From the IMG/VR virus record IMGVR_UViG_2684623189_000005: 64,000 nt of DNA; one strand, written 5' to 3'. Below the pieces are notes generated by a model that searched no databases, had not been told where the DNA came from, and saw only the letters and a list, made by a program, of their open reading frames with translations. The position numbers were made by a program, and so were the translations under genes. How positions within the stretch are numbered: position 1 is the first letter of the stretch; every line of letters starts with the position of its first letter. The stretch is from a virus. Its lineage: Duplodnaviria > Heunggongvirae > Uroviricota > Caudoviricetes. Positions 52,135 through 61,721 of this stretch are shown one piece after another.

Positions 52135-52832
52135 ACACTTGCTCCTTTCAGTCCTAACTTAGCTTTAATTTCTGCGATCTTCGCCAGCGCCTGAACACGA
52201 TTTAGAGGTCTGCCGCCCATGACAGGAAGTTGTTTTACTGGTTCAGGTATCGTCTCACCACGGTTAATTCGCGCTGTCATACAGGTCAGTTCATCGGCAG
52301 CCTTGCGTCGTAATTCCGCGTCAGTCAGCGCATTGGCCCGCATGTTCTGGTACAGGTTGGTAACCAGCCAGTAGTGCGCGTTCGATTTCCACGGATAAGA
52401 CTCTGCATCCGGATACAGGCCTCGCTTCCGGCAATACTCGTAAACCATATCAACCAGCTCGCTGACGTTTGGCAGTCCGGCGATAACGGATGCTTCTTCC
52501 CGGCACCATGCAACAAACTGCCCGGGTGATGGCAGAAATGGTCGATTCTGCCGACGGGCTACGCGCATTCCTGCGTTAACCTGTTCCATTGTGGTGATCC
52601 CGTTTTCCCGGAAAGCCAGAACCCACTGGCGGCGGATTTCGTTCAGTTCGTTCTGGTCACGGTTAGCCAGACTCGCCGGGAAAGTTGCCAGTAACTGGCT
52701 GAACACACCGTTGATGATCTGCGCTACCTGCTGTACCTGCGGCTTTTCGTCGTACTGTTCCGGCATGTTGTTGGCGATCCGACGCATCTGCTCACGGTCA
52801 AAATTAACCATCTGTGCGGCGATGTTTTTCAT
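52131..52832 (-). CDS. P: replication protein P (DnaB loader)
   Basis: 233 aa; MKNIAAQMVNFDREQMRRIANNMPEQYDEKPQV... matches lambda P. Confidence 0.9.
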   Translation of the reverse strand: MKNIAAQMVNFDREQMRRIANNMPEQYDEKPQVQQVAQIINGVFSQLLATFPASLANRDQNELNEIRRQWVLAFRENGITTMEQVNAGMRVARRQNRPFLPSPGQFVAWCREEASVIAGLPNVSELVDMVYEYCRKRGLYPDAESYPWKSNAHYWLVTNLYQNMRANALTDAELRRKAADELTCMTARINRGETIPEPVKQLPVMGGRPLNRVQALAKIAEIKAKLGLKGASV

Positions 52833-53728
52833 AAATCCACCCCGTAAATCCAGTCAGTGTTTGTCAGGTCGAGTTTTGGTTTGCAGGCTGTCACACCTGC
52901 CTGTTGCTTGTTACGGTTGATTTCGAGCTGGGTCCACTTGTCGCGGAGTTTGGCCGGGCTCAGCACGTTACCGGACCAGAAGTTGTCCTGGCATGCCCAG
53001 CGGAACAGTACACACATGTCGCGATGGTTACGTCCGTCACGTTCACGCATCAGGCGGATATCGTTAGCCCACCCTGCAAAATTCGGTTTTCTGGCTGATG
53101 GCGCGATGGTCTTCACCATGTCAAACATCCATTCTGCGGCGGTCAGGTCTTCTGCTGTCCCCCACTTGCTGCCGCTCTGAATTGCAGCATCCGGTTTCAC
53201 CACAGAAAGGTCGTTTTCTGGCTGGTCAGAGGATTCGCCAGAATTCTCTGACGAATAATCTTTTCTTTTTTCTTTTGTAATAGTGTCTTTTGTGTCCCCC
53301 TGTTTTGAGGGATAGCAATCCCCCAATTTGAGGGATGTTTTATCCCTCGTTTTAGGGGATTTTCCCTCGTTTTGAGGGATACACCATTCTGAGATGTTTT
53401 TATTTGGTCCAAACATGCCGCCTTGCTGCTTGATAATATTCATTCTGACGAGTTCTAACTTGGCTTCATTGCACCGTTTGACGGGTAACTTTGTAATCTC
53501 GCTAAGTTGAGAATCGGTGATTCTGTCCATTGGTTTATTCCATCCATAGGTTTTACGCAGAATGGCAAGCAGCACTTTAAACTGTCGCTTGGTCAGATCT
53601 GCGCCTGAATAAGCCTCAAGCAGCATATTTGATAGTCTGGCGTAACCATCATCGAGATCTGCCACATTACGCTCCTGTTTGGCAAAGTTACCTCTGCAGA
53701 AGTTGAGTATTTTTGCTGTATTTGTCAT
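52829..53728 (-). CDS. O: replication initiator protein O
   Basis: 299 aa; MTNTAKILNFCRGNFAKQERNVADLDDGYARLSNML... matches lambda O. Confidence 0.9.
   Translation of the reverse strand: MTNTAKILNFCRGNFAKQERNVADLDDGYARLSNMLLEAYSGADLTKRQFKVLLAILRKTYGWNKPMDRITDSQLSEITKLPVKRCNEAKLELVRMNIIKQQGGMFGPNKNISEWCIPQNEGKSPKTRDKTSLKLGDCYPSKQGDTKDTITKEKRKDYSSENSGESSDQPENDLSVVKPDAAIQSGSKWGTAEDLTAAEWMFDMVKTIAPSARKPNFAGWANDIRLMRERDGRNHRDMCVLFRWACQDNFWSGNVLSPAKLRDKWTQLEINRNKQQAGVTACKPKLDLTNTDWIYGVDL
53230..53380. repeat. ori: ori-lambda: four ~18-bp iterons (TCCCTC-N6-GAGGGA type) plus adjacent AT-rich region, inside the O gene
   Basis: Plus strand shows CCCTGTTTTGAGGGAT, CCCCCAATTTGAGGGAT, ATCCCTCGTTTTAGGGGAT and TCCCTCGTTTTGAGGGAT, with an A/T-rich tract just below. 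Confidence 0.8.
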
Positions 53729-53737
53729 AATGACTCC

Positions 53738-53815
53738 TGTGGATTGATCCAGTAATGACCTCAGAATTCCATCTGGATTTGTTCAGAACGCTCGGTTGCC
53801 GCCGGGCGTTTTTTA
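53738..53815 (+). ncRNA. oop: oop antisense RNA (overlaps cII 3' end)
   Basis: ...GATCCAGTAATGACCTCAGAATTCCATCTGGATTTGTTCAGAACGCTCGGTTGCCGCCGGGCGTTTTTT matches lambda oop, including its terminator. Confidence 0.6.
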
Positions 53816-54057
53816 TTGGTGAGTCCATCAAGCGCATACTTAAAAGCCCTGCTAATCGGACTGATGTCTGATGCCATTCCGAAAGCACACAAGACCGAAG
53901 CAATAAATCTCCAGTCCGTTCTGCTTATCTTCGATTCATGACAGCCAATCATCTTTGCCAGACCGCGCTGGGTAATAGCTGACAGATTGATAAGTAAATC
54001 TGTTTCTGCGCGATCAACGTCACGCTGTGATAGTTTGCTGTAACTTGTTCTTTCCAT
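53761..54057 (-). CDS. cII: cII-like transcriptional activator (chimeric: non-lambda N-terminus, lambda C-terminus)
   Basis: 98 aa; C-terminal ...LTNKKRPAATERSEQIQMEF matches lambda cII while residues 1-75 do not. Confidence 0.75.
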   Translation of the reverse strand: MERTSYSKLSQRDVDRAETDLLINLSAITQRGLAKMIGCHESKISRTDWRFIASVLCAFGMASDISPISRAFKYALDGLTNKKRPAATERSEQIQMEF

Positions 54058-54142
54058 TTCTTAAGATTTCCAATAGTGAATAGTTAGTTGAAAGGTATGC
54101 GTGGAAACGCATATGGCCTTAGTTGGTCAGATATCTTGGAAC

Positions 54143-54188
54143 TCGCTTTTCAGCGACGTAGGACGAATGTCCGTTGTTACAAAGAGCG
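54143..54188 (-). promoter_or_regulatory. nutR: nutR candidate (boxA CGCTCTTTG, boxB hairpin with GAAAA loop)
   Basis: Minus strand between cro and cII: CGCTCTTTG then TCGCTGAAAAGCGA; boxB nearly matches the nutL hairpin. Confidence 0.5.
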
Positions 54189-54198
54189 GATCCGCTTA

Positions 54199-54414
54199 TT
54201 AAGCGGCTTTGTGTTCCGGCGGGAACACGTCATCAAGACTGACTTTTGCGCCTAACTTGTTTAGGCACGCAACAAGAGCACGGCATGTTTTAAGGTCTGG
54301 GAAGCGACGACCAGATTCCCAATGTCCGATAGCTCCCTGTGTGCATCCAACTGCCTTAGCAAGTGTTGTTTGAGAGATATTCAGTGACTCTCGATATTTT
54401 CGTAGGTTGCTCAT
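54199..54414 (-). CDS. cro: Cro-like repressor (HTH)
   Basis: ATG at 54412-54414 preceded by GGAGGG; 71 aa MSNLRKYRESLNISQTTLAKAVGCTQGAIGHWESGRRFP...; divergent from cI. Confidence 0.75.
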   Translation of the reverse strand: MSNLRKYRESLNISQTTLAKAVGCTQGAIGHWESGRRFPDLKTCRALVACLNKLGAKVSLDDVFPPEHKAA

Positions 54415-54531
54415 ATGCCCTCCATAGTAAACACGAATAAAAAAATACAATATGTACTTTGCGAATACAAGTAAAAATACACATTGTGCATGGATGGTTC
54501 CAGTACAGAGCGTAATAATAAGGACATGAAA
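54415..54531. promoter_or_regulatory. OR region with divergent pR/pRM (operators not resolved)
   Basis: AT-rich spacer between divergent cro and cI starts containing TACA...TGTA inverted repeats (e.g. TACAATATGTA). Confidence 0.5.
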
Positions 54532-55185
54532 ATGAAATGGTATGAACTGGCTAGATCCAGAATGAAAGAGCTCGGCATAACTCAAGAGAAGTTAGCCGAA
54601 GAGCTAGGTATGACGCAGGGTGGGATTGGACACTGGTTGCGCGGATCTCGTCATCCATCTCTTAGTGATATTGGTGTGGTGTTTAAATACCTTGGTATTG
54701 ATAACATATCATTCAACCACGACGGGACATTTTCACCTGTTGGCGAATACTCATCGGCCCCAGTTAAAAAACAATATGAGTACCCTGTTTTTTCTCATGT
54801 TCAGGCTGGGATGTTCTCTCCAGAACTCAGAACCTTTACCAAAGGCGATGCGGAGAGATTGGTAAGCACAACCAAAAAAGCCAGTGACTCTGCATTCTGG
54901 CTTGAGGTTGAAGGTAACTCAATGACCGCACCAACAGGTTCCAAACCCAGCTTTCCTGACGGGATGTTAATTCTGGTTGACCCTGAGCAAGCTGTTGAGC
55001 CCGGCGATTTCTGCATAGCCAGACTTGGTGGTGATGAATTTACCTTCAAGAAACTGATCAGGGATAGCGGTCAGGTGTTTCTACAGCCACTAAACCCACA
55101 ATACCCAATGATCCCATGCAATGAGAGTTGTTCCGTTGTGGGGAAAGTTATCGCCAGCCAATGGCCTGAAGAGACGTTTGGGTGA
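54532..55185 (+). CDS. cI: CI-type prophage repressor (N-terminal HTH, C-terminal S24 LexA-like peptidase domain)
   Basis: ATG at 54532 (alternative 54526); [26 protein letters not shown]; C-terminal ...[27 protein letters not shown]... fits S24 Ser/Lys peptidases. Confidence 0.8.
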   Translation: MKWYELARSRMKELGITQEKLAEELGMTQGGIGHWLRGSRHPSLSDIGVVFKYLGIDNISFNHDGTFSPVGEYSSAPVKKQYEYPVFSHVQAGMFSPELRTFTKGDAERLVSTTKKASDSAFWLEVEGNSMTAPTGSKPSFPDGMLILVDPEQAVEPGDFCIARLGGDEFTFKKLIRDSGQVFLQPLNPQYPMIPCNESCSVVGKVIASQWPEETFG

Positions 55186-55224
55186 TGAAACCACTTTTAT
55201 CTACAATTTACAGGGCGGTAAACA

Positions 55225-55782
55225 TTGGCAAAAATAGATGATTATCAGCCAAGCCAAGTAGAAGTTGATAAAGTACTTTATTGTAAAAAAATAGTTAACT
55301 TTTCTGGCGTTAAATGGAAACAGAAACCAAGTCGCTCTGATATGTGGCTACAAGCCCATATCATCCCCTTGGATGAGGATTGTATACCTATACAAGGGCT
55401 AAAGTTTGAACTGAAATGGAAACCAGATCAGGATTCAGAACCTGATGACCCGATTTCTTACCCTAAAATAAATATTATTGCTTTCTATCATAACAAGAGG
55501 GTTTTCGCGGTAGATACCTATCACTTTGACAAACACACGAATAGTTACAAGGTCGATCATCCGAAGTACCAAGATATCATTTACGGTGCTCACTACCATG
55601 TATACTATGAAGAAGCTGGATACTATAGTGATAGAATAGCGTTTCCAATCGAAGATGACATAAACCCAGATGACCTGGTAGGGTATTGGAATTACTTCTG
55701 TAAACATCTGAACATAACTTACTCTGGGAGAATACCTTTACCGCTTGAAGATGAGTCGGGGCAAATGGGGTTTGGAATATGA
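55225..55782 (+). CDS. unknown protein A of the cI-adjacent cassette (rexA position)
   Basis: 185-aa ORF starting 40 bp after the cI stop on the same strand; track start is TTG (first ATG at 55342); Tyr/His/Asp-rich, no motif recognised; AT-rich by eye. Confidence 0.55.
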   Translation: MAKIDDYQPSQVEVDKVLYCKKIVNFSGVKWKQKPSRSDMWLQAHIIPLDEDCIPIQGLKFELKWKPDQDSEPDDPISYPKINIIAFYHNKRVFAVDTYHFDKHTNSYKVDHPKYQDIIYGAHYHVYYEEAGYYSDRIAFPIEDDINPDDLVGYWNYFCKHLNITYSGRIPLPLEDESGQMGFGI

Positions 55783-56531
55783 TGTGCTCAACAGTGATCT
55801 CACAACTAGGTTTCGAATGCCATCCAATAGGCAAGACCTTGAGAATTATCAGTCCATTCACTTACTGTGATGATGGAGAGCATGTCGGTGCCTTTATCCG
55901 TGAAGTCAATGGTAGGTATTTAGTTAGTGACAGATGCGATGCCTTAATGAATATGGAGGCAAGAGGGATCTCGCTTACCAAAAAACGACTTGATGAGATA
56001 CGACAATTACTGCTTAAAGAAGGCGCAGAACTCAATGCTCGAGGAGAAATCATTGCTTGGGCAACAGAAAAGGATGTCGGTGCGATTACATCGAACATAA
56101 TTAGAGCTGGTATACTCGCATCAACTTTGTCGTTAGACTGGTATCAGCCAGTTCAAGCTGAAAAGTTTGAAAGTATGGTTATTGATTATCTATATCACAC
56201 AGAGCTTAGAGACGCACTTTCTCTTCGTGAAAACGTATATGGCTTGAGTGGACATCAAATTACCGTCCCTGTAACAATAAAAACCGACATACCTAAATAC
56301 GTTTTTACATCAAGCGTGAAACACGGAGGAAGCTGGAATAGTGCTTACTCATTGCTTGGGAAACTAATTGATCTTAAAGCTTCAAGTGAGGAGTATAACA
56401 ACAGATTTGTTGTTATAGACAGCGAAGCAATTGGTGATCAAATGCAACAACTCTCCTTACTCTTCCATGAATCAAGCCAAGTTCTACCATTCTCCAAAAG
56501 AGAGACTTGGGTTAAGAGACTTGCAGCATAA
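55779..56531 (+). CDS. unknown protein B of the cI-adjacent cassette (rexB position)
   Basis: 250-aa ORF; ATG overlaps the stop of protein A (ATGA); no TM segments or motifs recognised; followed by a terminator. Confidence 0.6.
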   Translation: MMCSTVISQLGFECHPIGKTLRIISPFTYCDDGEHVGAFIREVNGRYLVSDRCDALMNMEARGISLTKKRLDEIRQLLLKEGAELNARGEIIAWATEKDVGAITSNIIRAGILASTLSLDWYQPVQAEKFESMVIDYLYHTELRDALSLRENVYGLSGHQITVPVTIKTDIPKYVFTSSVKHGGSWNSAYSLLGKLIDLKASSEEYNNRFVVIDSEAIGDQMQQLSLLFHESSQVLPFSKRETWVKRLAA

Positions 56532-56535
56532 TACA

Positions 56536-56563
56536 ACCCGGCCTCAGCGCCGGGTTTTCTTTG
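56536..56563 (+). terminator. rho-independent terminator ending the cI-cassette transcript
   Basis: ACCCGGC-CTCAGC-GCCGGGT hairpin followed by TTTTCTTTG, 5 nt after the stop. Confidence 0.6.
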
Positions 56564-56689
56564 CCTCACGTTCGCCCACCTAAAAACACATAACCAATTA
56601 TATTTATTGAAAAATAAATAGATGCAACCCACTAAACCACGCAATTCTGATCTCTCCTTACATCGCCGAGGCAATACATCCACGCTAAA

Positions 56690-56800
56690 AAACAACACTA
56701 TTAAATACAAAGCGTTATAAAAAACCACGCCAACTTACAACAAATTGTATTGATCTTGTAAAGTACATATCGTACTATTTAACCGTCAGCAGGACGCTGG
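56690..56800 (+). promoter_or_regulatory. OL/pL region (approximate)
   Basis: AT-rich segment upstream of nutL with TACAA/TTGTA-type inverted repeats (TACAACAAATTGTA; AGTACATATCGTACT) resembling those in OR. Confidence 0.4.
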
Positions 56801-56824
56801 AAGCCAAATGGAACAGACTGGCAG

Positions 56825-56869
56825 GCTCTTTAAACAACGTCGACTCTCGACTACGTGGCTGAAAAGCCA
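56825..56869 (+). promoter_or_regulatory. nutL: nutL candidate (boxA GCTCTTTAA, boxB TGGCTGAAAAGCCA)
   Basis: boxA-like GCTCTTTAA then a GAAAA-loop hairpin about 100 nt upstream of N. Confidence 0.55.
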
Positions 56870-56967
56870 GATCACCCAACCACATAAGCTGTGGGATGCA
56901 ATGCCGAAGCAACCGTCTCAGGAGGAGCTTCGAGATTGCATCGCCAAAGTTTATTCGGGAGGAATCC

Positions 56968-57240
56968 ATGTCCAGAAAAACAGAATTTAAAGGCACCGCA
57001 GCTTCTCGCCGTAGAGCTCGTCGCGCAAATCTGCAAAGTCAGGAGGCGATCAGCTCCGACAAGCTACACAGGCCAACCCCTTCACGAGTGGTCTTGCAAT
57101 GCAAGCTCAAACCAGCAATGAGAGCAGAAGTGATAACTCTGACAACGTTGACCAGAAAATATGAAGGTTCAACTTGTCTTCCGAACGTAGCTCTTTACGC
57201 GGCAGGCTACCGGAAATCAAAACAACTGACGGCGAGATGA
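56968..57240 (+). CDS. N: N-type antitermination protein (arginine-rich motif)
   Basis: SD GGGAGGA before ATG; 90 aa; N-terminal ARM TAASRRRARRANLQ; position between pL/nutL and sieB. Confidence 0.7.
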   Translation: MSRKTEFKGTAASRRRARRANLQSQEAISSDKLHRPTPSRVVLQCKLKPAMRAEVITLTTLTRKYEGSTCLPNVALYAAGYRKSKQLTAR

Positions 57241-57256
57241 TAAATTCATTTGCTAA

Positions 57257-57838
57257 TTACTTGTTTTTGCCATGCTTATCCTGAGCGATAAGTTCATCCA
57301 TAAGGCTGTCTGCCTTCCCGGCAAACCTAATGTAGCACTCATGTCTATAGCTTTCAGGGATAACGAAACGGTCGGTATCAGGATATCCAACAGCAGGAGG
57401 CCTTCGAACGAGGAGTCCTTTTTTGAGCAATGAAATTGATTCATGAGCGCCCTTTTCCGTTTGTAGCTGGTTATTAGCGGCTACAGCGAATGCCAAATAC
57501 GCTCTTTCTCCAAGAGTTAACGAATCAAACAAATCTTGCACATATTTTTCTTCTTTAGATTTGCGCTTCTGAGCAGCGAATACCTCAATTCTTTCAGTCA
57601 CAGCGTGATAAGCGGAATTAACAACGCCGTTAAGCACATAGCTAACGCAAAACAACAGGATGTAATACATCCAGTAATGAGGAAGGATTTCTGGATTATG
57701 CAGGTTTATCCATTCTTTTACGCTTACCGGCATAACAATAATCAATATGATCAGGATGATTAGCATATGAATCAACTGTTTAAGTGTCATTCCTTGCAGG
57801 AAAAAATGCATTAGTTCCTGCCACCATGAGTTGTTCAT
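57257..57838 (-). CDS. sieB: superinfection exclusion protein B
   Basis: 193 aa, MNNSWWQELMHFFLQGMTLKQLIHMLIILIILIIVMPVSVKEW...; lambda sieB position. Confidence 0.8.
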   Translation of the reverse strand: MNNSWWQELMHFFLQGMTLKQLIHMLIILIILIIVMPVSVKEWINLHNPEILPHYWMYYILLFCVSYVLNGVVNSAYHAVTERIEVFAAQKRKSKEEKYVQDLFDSLTLGERAYLAFAVAANNQLQTEKGAHESISLLKKGLLVRRPPAVGYPDTDRFVIPESYRHECYIRFAGKADSLMDELIAQDKHGKNK

Positions 57839-58051
57839 CGGCGTTTCTCTTTTGCTCTCTGTAGGGGTGAATAGAGTTTATCCGATTTCTCGTTGTAGGG
57901 GTACACGAGAACCACCGAGCCTGATGTGGTTAAAAGACAGGCACAATCTTTACTACCGCAATCCACTCTTTAAGGTGATATATGGAAGAAGAATTTGAAG
58001 AGTTCGAAGAGCATCCTCAAGATGTGATGGAACAATACCAGGACTATCCGT

Positions 58052-58252
58052 ATGACTACGACTATTGATACAAATCAATGGTGTGGACAATTCAAACGAT
58101 GCAATGGATGCAAGCTGCAATCGGAATGCATGGTTAAGCCTGAAGAAATGTTTCCTGTAATGGAAGATGGGAAATATGTCGATAAATGGGCAATACGAAC
58201 GACGGCAATGATTGCCAGAGAACTTGGTAAACAGAACAACAAAGCTGCCTGA
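58052..58252 (+). CDS. ral: restriction alleviation protein Ral
   Basis: 66 aa; MTTTIDTNQWCGQFKRCNGCKLQSECMVKPEEMFPV... matches lambda Ral. Confidence 0.8.
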   Translation: MTTTIDTNQWCGQFKRCNGCKLQSECMVKPEEMFPVMEDGKYVDKWAIRTTAMIARELGKQNNKAA

Positions 58253-58434
58253 TAGTGGCCTTTATTTTTGGCATAAATAACAGAATAAACACTGCACTGT
58301 GTATTCATTCCAACGAGTGAATACACGGAGCAATGTCGCTCGTAACTAAACAGGAGCCGACTTGTTCTGATTATTGGAAATCTTCTTTGCCCTCCAGTGT
58401 GAGGGCGATTTTTTATCTATGAGGATATGAATAG

Positions 58435-58803
58435 ATGTCAAACATCAAAAAATACATCATTGATTACGACTGGAAAGCATCAATAGAAATTGAAATTGAC
58501 CATGACGTAATGACAGAGGAAAAACTTCACCAGATTAATAATTTCTGGTCAGACTCTGAATACCGACTCAATAAACACGGCTCTGTATTAAATGCTGTAT
58601 TAATCATGCTGGCGCAACATGCTCTGCTTATAGCAATTTCAAGCGACTTAAATGCATATGGTGTTGTGTGTGAGTTCGACTGGAATGATGGAAATGGTCA
58701 GGAAGGATGGCCTCCAATGGATGGTAGTGAAGGAATAAGAATTACCGATATCGATACATCAGGAATATTTGATTCAGATGATATGACTATCAAGGCCGCC
58801 TGA
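58435..58803 (+). CDS. ea10: Ea10 protein
   Basis: 122 aa in the lambda ea10 position between ral and cIII. Confidence 0.7.
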   Translation: MSNIKKYIIDYDWKASIEIEIDHDVMTEEKLHQINNFWSDSEYRLNKHGSVLNAVLIMLAQHALLIAISSDLNAYGVVCEFDWNDGNGQEGWPPMDGSEGIRITDIDTSGIFDSDDMTIKAA

Positions 58804-58875
58804 GCGCGGCGTTACCGCATACCAATTACGCTTCACTCGAGGCGTTTTTCGTTATGTATAAATAAGGAGCACACC

Positions 58876-59040
58876 ATGCAATATGCCATTGCAGGGTGGC
58901 CTGTTGCTGGCTGCCCTTCCGAATCTTTACTTGAACGAATCACCCGTAAATTACGTGACGGATGGAAACGCCTTATCGACATACTTAATCAGCCAGGAGT
59001 CCCAAAAAATGGATCAAACAATTATGGCTATCCAGACTAA
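58876..59040 (+). CDS. cIII: CIII (FtsH inhibitor)
   Basis: SD AAGGAG; [54 protein letters not shown] matches lambda cIII. Confidence 0.85.
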   Translation: MQYAIAGWPVAGCPSESLLERITRKLRDGWKRLIDILNQPGVPKNGSNNYGYPD

Positions 59041-59152
59041 ATTCACTATCGCCACTTTTATTGGCGATGAAAAGATGTTTCGTGAGGCCGTCGACGCTTA
59101 TAAAAAATGGATATTAATACTGAAACTGAGATCAAGCAAAAGCATTCACTAA
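59009..59152 (+). CDS. kil: Kil (FtsZ inhibitor)
   Basis: [47 protein letters not shown] matches lambda Kil; overlaps the cIII 3' end by 32 nt as in lambda. Confidence 0.8.
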   Translation: MDQTIMAIQTKFTIATFIGDEKMFREAVDAYKKWILILKLRSSKSIH

Positions 59153-59227
59153 CCCCCTTTCCTGTTTTCCTAATCAGCCTGGCATTTCGCGGGCGATATT
59201 TTCACAGCCATTTTCAGGAGTTCAGCC

Positions 59228-59524
59228 ATGAACGCTTATTACATTCAGGATCGTCTTGAGGCTCAGAGCTGGGCGCGTCACTACCAGCAGATCGCCCGTG
59301 AAGAGAAAGAGGCAGAACTGGCAGACGACATGGAAAAAGGCCTGCCCCAGCACCTGTTTGAATCGCTATGCATCGATCATTTACAACGCCACGGGGCCAG
59401 CAAAAAAGCCATTACCCGTGCGTTTGATGACGATGTTGAGTTTCAGGAGCGCATGGCAGAACACATCCGGTACATAGTTGAAACCATTGCTCACCATCAG
59501 GCTGATATTGATTCAGAGGTATAA
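59228..59524 (+). CDS. gam: Gam (RecBCD inhibitor)
   Basis: 98 aa; [40 protein letters not shown]... matches lambda Gam. Confidence 0.9.
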   Translation: MNAYYIQDRLEAQSWARHYQQIAREEKEAELADDMEKGLPQHLFESLCIDHLQRHGASKKAITRAFDDDVEFQERMAEHIRYIVETIAHHQADIDSEV

Positions 59525-59529
59525 AACGG

Positions 59530-60315
59530 ATGAGTACAGCACTCGCAACGCTGGCAGGGAAGCTGGCTGAACGTGTCGGCATGGATTCTGTCGACCCACA
59601 GGAACTGATCACCACTCTTCGCCAGACGGCATTTAAAGGTGATGCCAGCGATGCGCAGTTCATCGCATTGTTGATCGTCGCCAACCAGTACGGCCTTAAT
59701 CCGTGGACGAAAGAAATTTACGCCTTCCCTGATAAGCAGAACGGCATTGTTCCGGTGGTGGGCGTTGATGGCTGGTCCCGCATCATCAATGAAAACCAGC
59801 AGTTTGATGGTATGGACTTTGAGCAGGACAATGAATCATGTACATGCCGGATTTACCGCAAAGACCGCAATCATCCGATCTGCGTTACCGAGTGGATGGA
59901 TGAATGCCGCCGCGAACCATTCAAAACCCGCGAAGGCAGAGAAATCACGGGGCCGTGGCAGTCGCATCCCAAACGGATGTTACGGCATAAAGCCATGATT
60001 CAGTGTGCCCGTCTGGCCTTCGGATTTGCTGGTATCTATGACAAGGATGAAGCCGAGCGCATTGTCGAAAATACCGCATACACTGCAGAACGTCAGCCGG
60101 AACGCGACATCACTCCGGTTAACGATGAAACCATGCAGGAGATTAACACTCTGCTGATTGCCCTGGACAAAACATGGGATGACGACTTATTGCCGCTCTG
60201 TTCCCAGATATTTCGCCGCGACATTCGCGCATCGTCAGAACTGACACAGGCCGAAGCAGTGAAAGCTCTTGGATTCCTGAAACAGAAAGCCACTGAGCAG
60301 AAGGTGGCAGCATGA
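59530..60315 (+). CDS. bet: Bet single-strand annealing protein (RecT family)
   Basis: 261 aa; [66 protein letters not shown]... matches lambda Beta. Confidence 0.9.
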   Translation: MSTALATLAGKLAERVGMDSVDPQELITTLRQTAFKGDASDAQFIALLIVANQYGLNPWTKEIYAFPDKQNGIVPVVGVDGWSRIINENQQFDGMDFEQDNESCTCRIYRKDRNHPICVTEWMDECRREPFKTREGREITGPWQSHPKRMLRHKAMIQCARLAFGFAGIYDKDEAERIVENTAYTAERQPERDITPVNDETMQEINTLLIALDKTWDDDLLPLCSQIFRRDIRASSELTQAEAVKALGFLKQKATEQKVAA

Positions 60316-60992
60316 CACCGGACATTATCCTGCAGCGTACCGGGATCGACGTGAGAGCTGTCGAACAGGGGGATGATGCATGGCACAAATTACGGCTCGG
60401 CGTCATCACCGCTTCAGAAGTTCACAACGTGATAGCAAAGCCCCGCTCAGGAAAGAAGTGGCCTGACATGAAAATGTCCTACTTCCACACCCTGCTGGCT
60501 GAGGTTTGCACCGGTGTGGCTCCGGAAGTTAATGCTAAGGCGCTGGCGTGGGGAAAACAGTACGAGAACGACGCCAGAACCCTGTTTGAATTCACTTCCG
60601 GCGTGAATGTTACTGAATCCCCGATCATCTATCGCGACGAAAGTATGCGCACCGCCTGCTCTCCCGATGGTTTATGCAGTGACGGCAATGGCCTTGAGCT
60701 GAAATGCCCGTTTACCTCCCGGGATTTCATGAAGTTCCGGCTCGGTGGTTTCGAGGCCATAAAGTCGGCTTACATGGCCCAGGTGCAGTACAGCATGTGG
60801 GTGACACGAAAAGATGCCTGGTACTTTGCCAACTATGACCCACGAATGAAGCGTGAAGGCCTGCATTATGTCGTGGTTGAGCGGGATGAAAAGTACATGG
60901 CGAGTTTTGACGAGATGGTGCCGGAGTTCATCGAAAAAATGGACGAAGCACTGGCTGAAATTGGTTTTGTATTTGGAGAGCAATGGCGATGA
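60312..60992 (+). CDS. exo: lambda exonuclease (Exo)
   Basis: 226 aa; [43 protein letters not shown]... matches lambda Exo. Confidence 0.9.
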   Translation: MTPDIILQRTGIDVRAVEQGDDAWHKLRLGVITASEVHNVIAKPRSGKKWPDMKMSYFHTLLAEVCTGVAPEVNAKALAWGKQYENDARTLFEFTSGVNVTESPIIYRDESMRTACSPDGLCSDGNGLELKCPFTSRDFMKFRLGGFEAIKSAYMAQVQYSMWVTRKDAWYFANYDPRMKREGLHYVVVERDEKYMASFDEMVPEFIEKMDEALAEIGFVFGEQWR

Positions 60993-61171
60993 CCCATCCT
61001 CACGATAATATCCGGGTAGGCGCGATCACTTTCGTCTACTCCGTTACAAAGCGAGGCTGGGTATTTCACGGTCTTTCTGTTATCCGAAATCCGCTGAAAG
61101 CCCAGCGGCTGGCTGAGGAGATAAATAATAAACGGGGGGCGGTATGCACAAAGCATCTCCTGTTGAGTTAA
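60983..61171 (+). CDS. hypothetical small protein (lambda orf61-type position)
   Basis: 62-aa ORF coupled to the exo stop. Confidence 0.4.
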   Translation: MAMTHPHDNIRVGAITFVYSVTKRGWVFHGLSVIRNPLKAQRLAEEINNKRGAVCTKHLLLS

Positions 61172-61335
61172 GAACGAGTATTGATTTGGCACATAGCCTT
61201 GCTCAAATTGGAGTCAGGTTTGTGCCAATACCAGCAGAAACAGACGAAGAATTTCATACGTTAGCCACATCCCTTTCACAAAAGCTGGAAATGATGGTGG
61301 CGAAAGCAGAAGCAGATGAGAGAGACCAGGTATGA
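61144..61335 (+). CDS. hypothetical small protein (lambda orf63-type position)
   Basis: 63-aa ORF. Confidence 0.4.
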   Translation: MHKASPVELRTSIDLAHSLAQIGVRFVPIPAETDEEFHTLATSLSQKLEMMVAKAEADERDQV

Positions 61336-61415
61336 CAACCACTGAATGCATTTTTCTGGCAGCGGGCTTCATATTCTGTGTGCTTATGCTTGCCGACATG
61401 GGGCTTGTTCAGTGA
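61332..61415 (+). CDS. candidate 27-aa hydrophobic peptide
   Basis: ATG overlaps upstream stop (ATGA); MTTTECIFLAAGFIFCVLMLADMGLVQ; very short, uncertain. Confidence 0.25.
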   Translation: MTTTECIFLAAGFIFCVLMLADMGLVQ

Positions 61416-61528
61416 CACCTCAGCAAGAAAACGCCCTTCGCAGCATTGCCCGTCAGGCTAATTCTGAAATCAAAAAAGTCAGACAGCAGTTTCCAAAAAC
61501 GTCAATGACATTTGCCGTAGCGTACTGA
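61412..61528 (+). CDS. hypothetical small protein (lambda orf60a-type?), GTG start
   Basis: GTG overlaps the preceding stop (GTGA); VTPQQENALRSIARQANSEIKKVRQQFPKTSMTFAVAY. Confidence 0.3.
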   Translation: MTPQQENALRSIARQANSEIKKVRQQFPKTSMTFAVAY

Positions 61529-61721
61529 AGAAGCACCGCGAAACGGTAACGCTGAAGGGATTCACACCGACTCATTTAAGCCTGGCAATCGGCATGTTAA
61601 ACGGCGTCTTTAAGGAACGATGAACATGAAAAGCAAAATTATCAGGGAGCTACAGGCTCCTTTTTTATTGTTCGCATTCACCCTCAAGCGTATTAACCAA
61701 CAGTTCAGGGATTAATGAAAG

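Noticed and set aside
56808-56990. 60-aa plus-strand ORF upstream of N
   Set aside because: Overlaps the nutL boxA/boxB elements and the N ribosome-binding site; more likely untranslated leader.
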